From an uncultured Acidimicrobiaceae bacterium (lineage in GTDB: Bacteria; Actinomycetota; Acidimicrobiia; Acidimicrobiales; RAAP-2), in assembly GCA_963763575.1 (NCBI GenBank), contig CAVXPD010000011.1, positions 25,479 to 89,478 on the forward strand: DNA of 64,000 nucleotides, given 5' to 3'. The position numbers and the translations under genes were made by a program. The number at the start of each line of letters is the position of its first letter. The stretch's first letter is position 1. This document shows, one piece after another, positions 18,932 to 27,952 of the stretch. The notes below the pieces were generated by a model. That model made no database searches, had not been told where the DNA came from, and saw only the letters and a program-made list of their open reading frames with translations.

Positions 18932-20515
18932 ATGGGCACAGACGAGGGGCATAGGCACGCCCGGACGTATGGTCAGCGGTCCAGCCAGAGAGGAGGCAGC
19001 GCTCGGAAGTCCCGGTTGCTGCTCGCCCTCGTGGGAGTCGTGGGCGTGTGGAGCGGCGCTATCACGTCCCTGCCCTCCACGACCGGAGCGTCATTGAGGA
19101 GCACTGTCGCGACAACATCGGCCACCGCCTCGTACTTTCCGGTCGCCGTCTGGCTGCAGAATCCGGACCAGACGACCGAGATCGAGAGCGGCTACGCGAA
19201 CCTCGCCCATGCGGCCGTCGCCGAGGGCATCAACACCTTCCTCGGGCTCTACGACTGGCCCTCGGCCTTCGCCGTGGACAACTCGACAGGTGGGCAAGGT
19301 CCCCAGTTCCAGGCGGCGTGCAACGCGGGCGAGCACGTGATCGCCGGCGGTAACCCCTCATCGAACATTTTGGCCAACTCGGTCGCCTCGGTCGAGTTCA
19401 TCGCCGCACTCGAGACCCAGGCCTCGACGCGTACCTCGTGTAGCCAATACCTGGCCGGCTACGACTGGACCGACGAGCCGGCTGAGTGCTCGACCAACGT
19501 GATTGCCCAGGTGGCGTCCATCCACGCCGAGGACCCCACGCGGCCGACGGTCGACAACATGGCGTCGTGGGTGAGCTGGGGCGACTCTGGCTGCACCTCC
19601 ACCGCCGACGCCGCCTTCGCCGCCCCCGCCATCACCTCGTCGGACGACTATCACAACACAGACGCGTGGAACGTCAGCGGCTGCGAGGGGGCGCAGCACG
19701 TCTCGACGAGCCCCTGGGCCGACTGCTCGTGGCTCTACGGCCTCCAGGCGGCGGTGCAGGCCTCCCTCTCGGGGGGCAAGCCCACATGGGTCTACCTCGA
19801 GACCGGCACCGACGAGCTGGGCTTTTCGAGCCAGTCCGGCAGCTCCTGCAACACGTCGACCAACACCTGCTCGAACGGCAACGAGTACAACGCGACCGCC
19901 CCCCAGGTGAACGCGAACGCCTGGGCGGCCATCATCAACGGGGCCACCGGCATCGAATGGTTCTGCCACGGCGCCGCCCAAGGGCAGGCCACGAGCGACT
20001 CGGACTGCATGGGGGGCAACGGCTCGGGGTCCAACGCCATCTTCTCGAACCTCCAGTACATCGACGACACCGTCGCGATCACCGCGCCAGTGCTGGAGAG
20101 CCCGACGCAGGGCGCCTGCACCATGCAGCCGAGCACGTATTCGACGAGGAACAATGTCCTCCTCCAGGGATGCTCGGGCGGTGACCTCGCCATGTTGACG
20201 AGCAACGCCAGCGAGCCCATCATGGCCATGACCAAGGTCCTGAACGGCACCACGTACCTCTTCGTCGAGGCCGACCGGGCCAACGGCACCGCGACAGGGA
20301 TCTACAGAGTCTCGGGGGCCGCCGGCGACAAGGCCACCCTGGTCTACGACTCGGCCGCCCACTACGACCCGGCCGTCTCCGAGCAGGGTCAGACGTTCAG
20401 CCTCAACGGTTCGGGCGGCTTCGCGGACACGATCCGCGGTGACAACGGCGCAGGCTCGAACCACTACGGCGCCGGCGCCAACGGCTACGAGGTGAAGATC
20501 TACACGATCAAGTAG
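18932..20515 (+). CDS. Secreted Cys-rich hypothetical protein (possible glycan-active enzyme; function unknown)
   Basis: Signal-like N-terminus ...RKSRLLLALVGVVGVWSGAITSLPSTTGA, many paired Cys, and ...YFPVAVWLQNP...INTFLGLYDW... reminiscent of TIM-barrel glycosidases (weak). Maximal ORF starts at 18746. Confidence 0.55.
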   Translation: MGTDEGHRHARTYGQRSSQRGGSARKSRLLLALVGVVGVWSGAITSLPSTTGASLRSTVATTSATASYFPVAVWLQNPDQTTEIESGYANLAHAAVAEGINTFLGLYDWPSAFAVDNSTGGQGPQFQAACNAGEHVIAGGNPSSNILANSVASVEFIAALETQASTRTSCSQYLAGYDWTDEPAECSTNVIAQVASIHAEDPTRPTVDNMASWVSWGDSGCTSTADAAFAAPAITSSDDYHNTDAWNVSGCEGAQHVSTSPWADCSWLYGLQAAVQASLSGGKPTWVYLETGTDELGFSSQSGSSCNTSTNTCSNGNEYNATAPQVNANAWAAIINGATGIEWFCHGAAQGQATSDSDCMGGNGSGSNAIFSNLQYIDDTVAITAPVLESPTQGACTMQPSTYSTRNNVLLQGCSGGDLAMLTSNASEPIMAMTKVLNGTTYLFVEADRANGTATGIYRVSGAAGDKATLVYDSAAHYDPAVSEQGQTFSLNGSGGFADTIRGDNGAGSNHYGAGANGYEVKIYTIK

Positions 20516-20524
20516 AGCGCGAAG

Positions 20525-21160
20525 CTAGTCCTTCGGACTCGCCGGAGCGAGTTGCATCTCTTCGAGTATCTGGCGCAGCTGCTCGAGGCAGCGGCCCCTC
20601 GTAGGTCCGATGCTTCCGATCGGCATGTTCAGTTGTTCGGCGATCTCCTTGTACGGCAGATCGTCATCGCCCATCAACAGGCCGAGGAGACGCTGATGTC
20701 TCGGCGAGAGCCGCTCCGCGGCGACCCGTATCGCCCGCACCTGCTCGTCCTGCAGGAGCGCAGCGTCGGGAGGAGGGCTCTGATCGTCAACCAGATCCAT
20801 CTCCTCGATCGAGGAGACGACTGCCCGGCGAGTGGCGATCCGCAGGCTTTCCCGTCGCGATGTGGTCGCCAGCCAAGCACCGAGGCGTTCGGGTTGTTCA
20901 ATCCGGTCGAGGTTCTCCACCAGTCGAAGCCAAGTGGTTTGACACACCTCGGCGACATCGGCGTTGTTCAACCGACACCGCCGCGGCATGGCGGCGACGA
21001 GTCCGCTGAACCGATTGACCAGAGCCTCCCACGCGGCACTCGATCCGGCCCGCGCCTCCGCGACGATGCCCGCGAGATCTCCTTCGTCAGAAGCGTTCGA
21101 CGTCGTCCCGCGCCTCTGCGGGGCGCGGCGACGAGCCTCCACCATCTCTACCATCTCCAC
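20525..21160 (-). CDS. ECF-type RNA polymerase sigma-70 family factor
   Basis: Region 2: AWEALVNRFSGLVAAM...DVAEVCQTTWLRLVENL. Region 4: LSPRHQRLLGLLM...PYKEIAEQLNMPIGSIGPTRGRCLEQLR. GTG start with AGGAGGGG 5 nt upstream. Maximal ORF reaches 21262. Confidence 0.85.
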   Translation of the reverse strand: MEMVEMVEARRRAPQRRGTTSNASDEGDLAGIVAEARAGSSAAWEALVNRFSGLVAAMPRRCRLNNADVAEVCQTTWLRLVENLDRIEQPERLGAWLATTSRRESLRIATRRAVVSSIEEMDLVDDQSPPPDAALLQDEQVRAIRVAAERLSPRHQRLLGLLMGDDDLPYKEIAEQLNMPIGSIGPTRGRCLEQLRQILEEMQLAPASPKD

Positions 21161-21377
21161 CTGATCCCCTCCTGAACCTCGCCAAACTGCAAAATGCAGC
21201 GCCGGAAAACCGGCAGGTTCTCGTGTCCCACACATCGTCCCGAATAAACCTGGGCGTGTCATCCCCTCTATTGGGGAACTGGAGCTTGTTCGATGGGGTC
21301 GAAAGTCCCTATTTTCCGGGGACGGCGGGCAGTGAGTCGGCTTGCACCATCCTCACGAACCGACTCACGTCGGGTCC

Positions 21378-21421
21378 GCGTTGTCAGAGCGTTGCCAAAG
21401 CGTTGCCAATGCGTTGCCAAT
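21378..21421. repeat. Four tandem copies of an 11-bp unit (GCGTTGTCAGA, GCGTTGCCAAA, GCGTTGCCAAT, GCGTTGCCAAT)
   Basis: Read directly and cross-checked against track ORF 21223..21423. Lies between the sugar-transferase stop (21564) and the ECF sigma start (21160). Confidence 0.9.
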
Positions 21422-21563
21422 GACACGGTCGCGCGCGTTCGCCGCGAGGATGACACCGTAAGGAAAGATCACGCCAAGGTCGACAGGACGATGACACCCA
21501 TGCGAAGCATCCGGCGGGCGCGAGATGGCGCGGTTCACAGGATGAGGAGCGGAGCGGAAGCGC

Positions 21564-23180
21564 TCAGCCTGCCTCAGACAGCGCTTCTCTCGGCTCTCGT
21601 TCAGGTCCGAAGACCTTAAGGACCCGCGTGATCACCATGGGTATCGTCGCGAGGAGGATGAACAGGTCGAGTCCGATCGACCAGTTGTCGACGTAGCGGA
21701 GGTCCAGCCTGCGATATGCGTGGAAGGACGGGTTGTCCCTCGCTTCGAGCTGCCAGAGGCCGGTTATGCCGGGCTTGACCGCATGCCGACGCTGCAATTC
21801 CTGGTCGAACTGTGCGACCTCCCCGGGCAGCGCTGGGCGAGGCCCGACCAAGCTCATCGTCCCGGTCAGAACGTTGAGCAGCTGCGGAATCTCATCAATG
21901 CTCAGGGCGCGCAGAATGGCGCCGACCTTGGTGACCCGTGGATCACTCGCCGCTTTGAAGAGAGGGCCATCAGTGCGCTCGTTGATCGCAGCAAGATCGA
22001 TGTCGTCGTCTCGTTCGACGGTCATCGTTCGGAGCTTGTAGACCACGAATGGTCGTTCGTCCAGCCCCGTTCGGACCTGCCGGAACAGCACCGGACCGCC
22101 GTCTTCGACCCGGATGGCCACCCAGGCCAACAAGAGGATGGGTGCGGCGATCACCAGGGCGATCACGGAGCCGAGGACGTCGAGGGTTCGCTTGGCTGCC
22201 TTCTGCCACGTGGGGTGACGGCTCGGTTCGACGTACAAGAACGCTTCGCCGCTCATCGGCAGGCGGCGGATTCGCTGCATGCCCAGTCCGCGGAAGCCCG
22301 GCCAGATCTGGACGTGCAGGTGTTGAACCGTCGCGAGCTCGATCGCCCGCTGAACCTCGGCTGCCGACAGCGCGTTGGCCACGAGCAGCACGCCGTTCGA
22401 GTCGGTCTGCGTTGCGAGCTCGGGAAGCCAGTCGATCGTGTCACTGTGAGGAAGGTCAGTCTTGGCTGATGGTCGGCTGAGTCTGCCGATCGTCCCTCGG
22501 ACCTCGTATCCGAGTTCCGGCTCAGAATCGAACATGGTCGAGATTGTGGCGGCATCCTCGTTGACTCCGACCATGATGAGTCCTCGCTGGTAACGACCTC
22601 GTGCTCGCTGGGCGCGAAGCCATTGGTCGAAACCCCACCTCGCCGTGATCAGTGCGAGAACGCAGCACAGTGCCGTGGTCGCGGCGACGGCGGAGCTCCG
22701 GCTTCCGTCGCCCCTCAACAGTACGAAGACAACGGCGCCCGATGCCGCGGCAACGGCAATCCGGGCTGATTGCTGTCCGCGGACCGCGCACAGTCGCGAT
22801 CGATAGAGCCCGAGCAGAGGAAGGAGCGCCAGAGTGACCACCGCGCCGGCCAACGCGGCACTCCAGCTCCGGAGAACCGTGGCCGCAGGCCAGACGATCG
22901 TGCCCAGCACGACCCACGCCGTGACGGCAGCCGCAAGGTCGACGATCAAGAGCCGCGCCCGCAAGCCACTCCCTTTTGCAGCGGCCGCTGGGCCCTGCGT
23001 GGCCTCCTCGTTGGCCTGCGGCGGGATGGATGGGAACGAGCGGGGCTGCGTGCCCGGAACCACGACGCACGATGAGTTCACAGAGCGGATGAGAGTCTGC
23101 TCAGCTGCGAGCGTCCATTCCGAGGTCAAGTCAGGTGCCAAGGCACTGCCATCTGGCACTGAAGTCTCAGTGTGCGTCAT
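21564..23180 (-). CDS. Polyprenyl-phosphate glycosyl-1-phosphate transferase (WbaP/EpsB-type priming sugar transferase)
   Basis: C-terminal catalytic domain ...[24 protein letters not shown]...[46 protein letters not shown]...[10 protein letters not shown]-terminal TM helices. Start MTHTETS with a GGAAGG RBS; maximal ORF reaches 23219. Confidence 0.9.
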   Translation of the reverse strand: MTHTETSVPDGSALAPDLTSEWTLAAEQTLIRSVNSSCVVVPGTQPRSFPSIPPQANEEATQGPAAAAKGSGLRARLLIVDLAAAVTAWVVLGTIVWPAATVLRSWSAALAGAVVTLALLPLLGLYRSRLCAVRGQQSARIAVAAASGAVVFVLLRGDGSRSSAVAATTALCCVLALITARWGFDQWLRAQRARGRYQRGLIMVGVNEDAATISTMFDSEPELGYEVRGTIGRLSRPSAKTDLPHSDTIDWLPELATQTDSNGVLLVANALSAAEVQRAIELATVQHLHVQIWPGFRGLGMQRIRRLPMSGEAFLYVEPSRHPTWQKAAKRTLDVLGSVIALVIAAPILLLAWVAIRVEDGGPVLFRQVRTGLDERPFVVYKLRTMTVERDDDIDLAAINERTDGPLFKAASDPRVTKVGAILRALSIDEIPQLLNVLTGTMSLVGPRPALPGEVAQFDQELQRRHAVKPGITGLWQLEARDNPSFHAYRRLDLRYVDNWSIGLDLFILLATIPMVITRVLKVFGPEREPREALSEAG

Positions 23181-23548
23181 CCGTACCTTCCATCGCCTTG
23201 ATTTCCCTGTCCTGCCCAATAGACGGGACCGGGAGGCGAGTGCCCACCGGCCTGATCGGGAGCCACCCGACCGACTGAGCGCCCGCCCTGTCTCGCCTTC
23301 AGAAGTGGGGTCCCTCTTGCGGAGGGGGCCCCATGACTCTTCCGAGGCCCAATCCCCGTGTCTGATACCTCCGACACCAAGGGTTCACCGGGTCGCGATG
23401 GATTCGGGTATCTCGAGGAGTTGTTGGCGCTCTTTCCGTGTTAGGTAACGTTTCGAAGAGGTGGCAGGTGAGTTGTAAACCAGAGCTTGCACTCCTACTG
23501 CAACTAGAGACACACAGCTACTCGGGTCTCAAGGGGGGCAGTACCGTC

Positions 23549-23983
23549 TTGGCTCAAGACAACCATGAGTTGGGGGCCCCGAGCTTGGGGGGCGCGTTCT
23601 CGGGGCGATGTAACGCGTGCGCGCTGTCCCAGCGGATTGCCGGTGACGCGGAACCCTCCGCCGCCGAAGAGGCCTGTGAGGATGTCGTGGTGCTCAACGC
23701 CCCTGACCTGGTCGGATTGATGGTGATTCCCCGCGACCACGTGAGTGGGCTCGAGGAGCTCCCACCGCTTCAGCGCGGCCGCATTCTCGCCGCGCTCCGC
23801 CGGGCCAGCCTCTCGATCGGCGAGCGATATCCGGGGTCGTCTCCGAGGGTCGTCGTCCTGGCCGATCCCCCGGCCTCCGAGAGCCATGTGTGCTTTCAGG
23901 TTCTTCCGAGCAACCAACACGGCTCCTCGGTCGTCTCAGGAGTGACAGGGGTGCCATTGACGACCGACAGGAGTCGTCGCTAA
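23549..23983 (+). CDS. HIT-fold-like hypothetical protein with a degenerate histidine triad
   Basis: CNAC near the N-terminus, ...VVVLNAPDLVGLMVIPRDHV...LPP..., then SHVCFQVLP where HIT proteins carry HxHxHxx. Start uncertain (TTG 23549 after AAGGGGGG; maximal ORF starts at 23438). Confidence 0.4.
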   Translation: MAQDNHELGAPSLGGAFSGRCNACALSQRIAGDAEPSAAEEACEDVVVLNAPDLVGLMVIPRDHVSGLEELPPLQRGRILAALRRASLSIGERYPGSSPRVVVLADPPASESHVCFQVLPSNQHGSSVVSGVTGVPLTTDRSRR

Positions 23984-24247
23984 CATCTGCAATGCGGGTA
24001 GGCAACTAGCTGTGGACCGAGCTGGTCGCAGGGACCACAGGCAACGTAGGCGAAACCGACTTCCCGCTTTAGGCGATTTGGCGAACGAGGCGACAGGAAA
24101 GTCGATGGTCGCGGCTTTGTATTCGGACAGAGGGGGCTCGATGTTCCGTTCCACGTGGCGGTGTGGCAGGAGTTTGAGCATCCTCCGCTCGACGAGCGCC
24201 CACCCGCGCCGCTCTACGCGTATTGAAGGTGAAGAAGGGGTGCTGGC

Positions 24248-24979
24248 GTGACGGCTGCGAACTGGTCCGAAGCGGTGGGCATCGTCCCGGCCCGGATACT
24301 TGTTGTCGGCGACGACCTGTTGACTGGCGCCCTGGCGCGCGCTCTCAGCGCGCACGGATTCTCCACAATGCACGTCCCGCGGCGCGAACCGGGGGGCGGC
24401 CAAGGCATCGGCTGGCGCCCGAGCCTGGTCATTTTCGATGCCGGCTCCCTCGAGCCGGAGGTCGGAGCCGCGCTGGTCGGATCGTTTTGCCGAGCGGGTC
24501 TCCGGGTGTGCGTCATTGATGCCGGCGGCCAGGCAAACCGGCTGAGGGTCTGGAACGTGTGCGGGGTGGCTGCGTTGGTCGACAGAAACGCGCCGTTCGA
24601 CGAGCTGGTCAGTACGGTCAGCCGGCTCCTCGGGAAGGAGTCGCACGGGCTTTCAGTGCGACCCGCGTCGGCTTTCCCGGCGCTGAGCTCAGTGGCGTCG
24701 CCGTCTGACTCCCCGCTCGAGCCGTTTGCCCTGTTGACCGAACGCGAGCAGTTCGTCCTGGCCGAGCTCATCGAAGGTCATTGCGCTGAGGAGATCGCCG
24801 GCGCCGCCTATGTCTCCATCTCGACGGTCCGTTCACATATCAAGTCGATCCTGCAGAAGCTGGGTGTCAGTTCTCAGTTGGCTGCCGTCGCTCTGGCGCG
24901 GCGAGCGGGATGGTGCTTCGAGGAGTCTTCGGTGACGGCACAGAGAGTTTCGGGGAGTCGCGGCGCCTACGCCACCTGA
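24248..24979 (+). CDS. LuxR-family transcriptional regulator with an N-terminal receiver-like domain
   Basis: ILVVGDD...LVIFDAG (receiver-like) and a C-terminal HTH LTEREQFVLAELIEGHCAEEIAGAAYVSISTVRSHIKSILQKLGV. Confidence 0.75.
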   Translation: MTAANWSEAVGIVPARILVVGDDLLTGALARALSAHGFSTMHVPRREPGGGQGIGWRPSLVIFDAGSLEPEVGAALVGSFCRAGLRVCVIDAGGQANRLRVWNVCGVAALVDRNAPFDELVSTVSRLLGKESHGLSVRPASAFPALSSVASPSDSPLEPFALLTEREQFVLAELIEGHCAEEIAGAAYVSISTVRSHIKSILQKLGVSSQLAAVALARRAGWCFEESSVTAQRVSGSRGAYAT

Positions 24980-25297
24980 CCCTGGGGGGTCGGGCAGCCC
25001 GCCGGGGCCGGAACGAGATCCGGCGGCGGGCTCCTGAACAGGCTTTAGTCGAATAAGCCCAGCTCTGGTGCCCAAGGGGCCAGGGCGACGAGGTGGGAAC
25101 TCGCGCCGCACTGTATCTGCCGGCGTTCTCCAAGCTCAGTACCAGTGCGTGTTGCCAGCCACTTCACCGCGACCAATGTGCAGACCCCCATTTCATCGTT
25201 CTGGCGGCACGACTGTGAGCGACCCATGTCCCTGTTGACAACCGATGACGATGACCTAGAAGGGTTCCGCTTGTCGGGTGAGTCCTCGTCGGATCGT

Positions 25298-25948
25298 ATG
25301 AAGATCTCCGTGATCGTCGTCGCCAATGAGCTCCTCTTCCGCCTCGGGTTGGCTCGGCTGCTCAGCGAGGACGGACGACTCGATGTCATCGCCGTCTCGG
25401 ATGGCGAATCCGAGATCCTCGAGCTCTGTAGAACGACCACCGCTGACGTCGTCGTGATGGACATGAAGCTGTCGAGGGCCGACAGCGTCGACCTGGTTCG
25501 CTCCATTGCGGCGGTCAGCCCGAACACGCAGACACTCGTCTTGACGTCGACTACCGATTGGCGTACTCGCTCCATCATCAAGGCGGGTGCATCGGGGATC
25601 TTGCTGATGGATTCATCTCCCGAATCGATTAGAGCTGCTGTCGTGTCCGTGCATCTCGGTGATCAGGTGTTCTGCAGCGAGGCAGCCCAGTGGGTCTTCG
25701 GCGATCCGCTAAAGACCCGGCTGACGCCGCGTGAGTCAGATGTGCTCCGCATGGTTGCGCAGGGCGCGACCAACACGCAGATCGCCGCACAGCTCCATCT
25801 CGGCGAGAAGACTGTGCGAAATTACGTGAGTCGGCTGTACCGCAAGCTCTCACTCAGCAGTCGCGCCGAAATCGCGCGAAGCGCGATGCATGCGGACTTC
25901 GATGCGGAGGCAGACGCGACCGAATGGGTGCGGCCGGACCAGGGATGA
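25298..25948 (+). CDS. NarL/FixJ-type response regulator (LuxR HTH) with an atypical receiver
   Basis: KISVIVVANELL...VVVMDMKL...LVLTS...GILLMDSS, then LTPRESDVLRMVAQGATNTQIAAQLHLGEKTVRNYVSRLYRKL. Alternative start at 25226; maximal ORF starts at 25145. Confidence 0.8.
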   Translation: MKISVIVVANELLFRLGLARLLSEDGRLDVIAVSDGESEILELCRTTTADVVVMDMKLSRADSVDLVRSIAAVSPNTQTLVLTSTTDWRTRSIIKAGASGILLMDSSPESIRAAVVSVHLGDQVFCSEAAQWVFGDPLKTRLTPRESDVLRMVAQGATNTQIAAQLHLGEKTVRNYVSRLYRKLSLSSRAEIARSAMHADFDAEADATEWVRPDQG

Positions 25949-26113
25949 CCTCGAGGTCCGCCGGCCGAGGTGCTCGGTCCGCCGGCCGAGCCGCGGTTGA
26001 CACCCACCTTGCGCCTGCCATCCTCCCTGGCCCACCCAACCCCTGAGCTCCCACTTCCGCGGGTAAGGCTCCGCCCAGCGCTTTCCTCTTGCCCTGGGGC
26101 GCCCGCCTCGCGA

Positions 26114-26141
26114 TTGATGACTCTCACGTTAACGTTAAACT
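26114..26141 (+). promoter_or_regulatory. Candidate promoter TTGATG-N16-TAAACT with a perfect 10-bp palindrome ACGTTAACGT (26126-26135) in the spacer
   Basis: Read directly. An AT-rich island just upstream of the MFS-MerR gene pair. Confidence 0.4.
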
Positions 26142-26163
26142 TCTTTGGGTGAGCTCCCCCACC

Positions 26164-27951
26164 GTGACGAACGGCAACGGGCACGTGCCCGGTGCGGCTC
26201 CGGAGCGCTCGCGCTACCGCTGGCTGGCCCTGTCGACGGTGACGCTCGGCACGCTCATGGTCTTCATCAACCAGTCGATCGTGCTGATCTCGCTTCCGGA
26301 CATCTTCCGGGGGATCTCGCTCAACCCGCTGACGCCGGGGAACACCGGCTACCTGCTGTGGATGCTGCTGGGCTTCATGGTCGTCCTCGCCGTGCTCGTG
26401 GTCACGCTGGGCCGGGTGGGGGACATCTTCGGACGGGTCAAGATCTTCAACCTCGGGTTCGCGGTGTTCACCGCCTTCTCCATCTTGTTGGCGGTCACCC
26501 CGCTGACGGGCTCAGCCGGCGCTCTTTGGCTCATCGCCATGCGCATTGGCCAGGGCGTGGGCGGCGCCATGCTCTTCGCCAACTCGTCGGCCATCATCAC
26601 CGATGCCTTCCCACCCGACAAGCGCGGCCTGGGCCTCGGCATCAACAACGTCGCGGCGGTGGCGGGCTCCTTCGTCGGGCTCGTACTGGGCGGACTGCTG
26701 GCTCCGGTGGAGTGGCGCCTCGTCTTCCTGATCTCGGTCCCGGTCGGCCTGTTCGGCACGCTGTGGGCCTACATGAAGCTCGAGGAGCGCAGCGTGCGCA
26801 CCGCGGCCAAGATCGACTGGCTCGGGAACGTCACCTTCGCAGCCGGACTGATCCTGATCCTCGTGGGCATTACCTACGGCCTCCTGCCCTACGGCGGGCA
26901 CACCATGGGCTGGACCAGCCCGGTGGTGATGGCAGAGATCTTCGGAGGCATCGCCATCCTGATCCTCTTCGGCTACATCGAGACGAGGGTGGCGCATCCG
27001 ATGTTCCGCCTCGCCCTTTTCCGCATCCGCGCCTTCAGCGCCGGCAACGTGGCCAGCTTCCTGGCGTCGCTCAGCCGGGGCGGGCTGATGTTGATACTCA
27101 TCATCTGGCTCCAGGGGATCTGGCTCCCGCTCCACGGCTACAGCTTCTCCCAGACGCCGTTGTGGGCCGGCATCTACATGATCCCCCTCACGGTCGGACT
27201 GCTCTTGGCCGGGCCGATCAGTGGCGTCCTGGCCGACCGCTACGGCGCACGCCCGTTCGCGACCGGCGGGCTGGTGCTGGTGGCGCTCACGTTCATCTTG
27301 CTCATCCAGCTACCCGTCGACTTCTCCTATCTCGGCTTCGCCGCGATCATCTTCTTCAACTCGGTGGGCATGGGCATGTTCATCGCGCCGAATCAGACCG
27401 GCATCATGAACAGCCTGCCGGCGTCCCAACGCGGCGCGGGCGCCGGGATGGCAGGCACGTTCAACTCGTCGGCCCAGGTGCTCTCCATCGGCATCTTCTT
27501 CACGCTGATCATCCTGGGGCTGGCCTCCACGCTGCCCTCCGCCCTCTTCCACGGCCTCACCGCCCAGGGCGTGAGCCCGGGAGTGGCCGCTCGGGTCTCG
27601 CACCTGCCCCCGGTCGGCAGCCTCTTCGCCGCCTTCCTGGGCTACAACCCGATGCAGACGCTCCTCGGCCCGGCCGAGCTCGCCCACCTGCCGCACGCCA
27701 CGACGGCCTATCTGACCAGTCATTCCTTCTTCCCACACCTGATCGCCCCGGCCTTCTCGGACGGCCTCACCGCGGCCTTCGCGTTCGCGGCCGGCGCGTG
27801 CATCCTCGGCGCCTTCGCGTCGCTGTTGCGGGGCGGCAAGTACCACTACGTGGAGACGCCGGCGGACGTGGCGGCCCGGGCCAAGAGCGGCGAGGACCGG
27901 GTCCCGGCCGAGGAGGCGGTGGCCGAGACCGAGCCATTGCTGGTGGACTGA
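26164..27951 (+). CDS. MFS transporter, DHA2 (EmrB/QacA, 14-TMS) type
   Basis: ...RWLALSTVTLGTLMVFINQSIVLISLPDI..., LGRVGDIFGRVKIF (motif A-like) and about 14 hydrophobic segments. Start uncertain (26149 or 26164; maximal ORF starts at 26089). Confidence 0.85.
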   Translation: MTNGNGHVPGAAPERSRYRWLALSTVTLGTLMVFINQSIVLISLPDIFRGISLNPLTPGNTGYLLWMLLGFMVVLAVLVVTLGRVGDIFGRVKIFNLGFAVFTAFSILLAVTPLTGSAGALWLIAMRIGQGVGGAMLFANSSAIITDAFPPDKRGLGLGINNVAAVAGSFVGLVLGGLLAPVEWRLVFLISVPVGLFGTLWAYMKLEERSVRTAAKIDWLGNVTFAAGLILILVGITYGLLPYGGHTMGWTSPVVMAEIFGGIAILILFGYIETRVAHPMFRLALFRIRAFSAGNVASFLASLSRGGLMLILIIWLQGIWLPLHGYSFSQTPLWAGIYMIPLTVGLLLAGPISGVLADRYGARPFATGGLVLVALTFILLIQLPVDFSYLGFAAIIFFNSVGMGMFIAPNQTGIMNSLPASQRGAGAGMAGTFNSSAQVLSIGIFFTLIILGLASTLPSALFHGLTAQGVSPGVAARVSHLPPVGSLFAAFLGYNPMQTLLGPAELAHLPHATTAYLTSHSFFPHLIAPAFSDGLTAAFAFAAGACILGAFASLLRGGKYHYVETPADVAARAKSGEDRVPAEEAVAETEPLLVD

Positions 27952-27952
27952 C

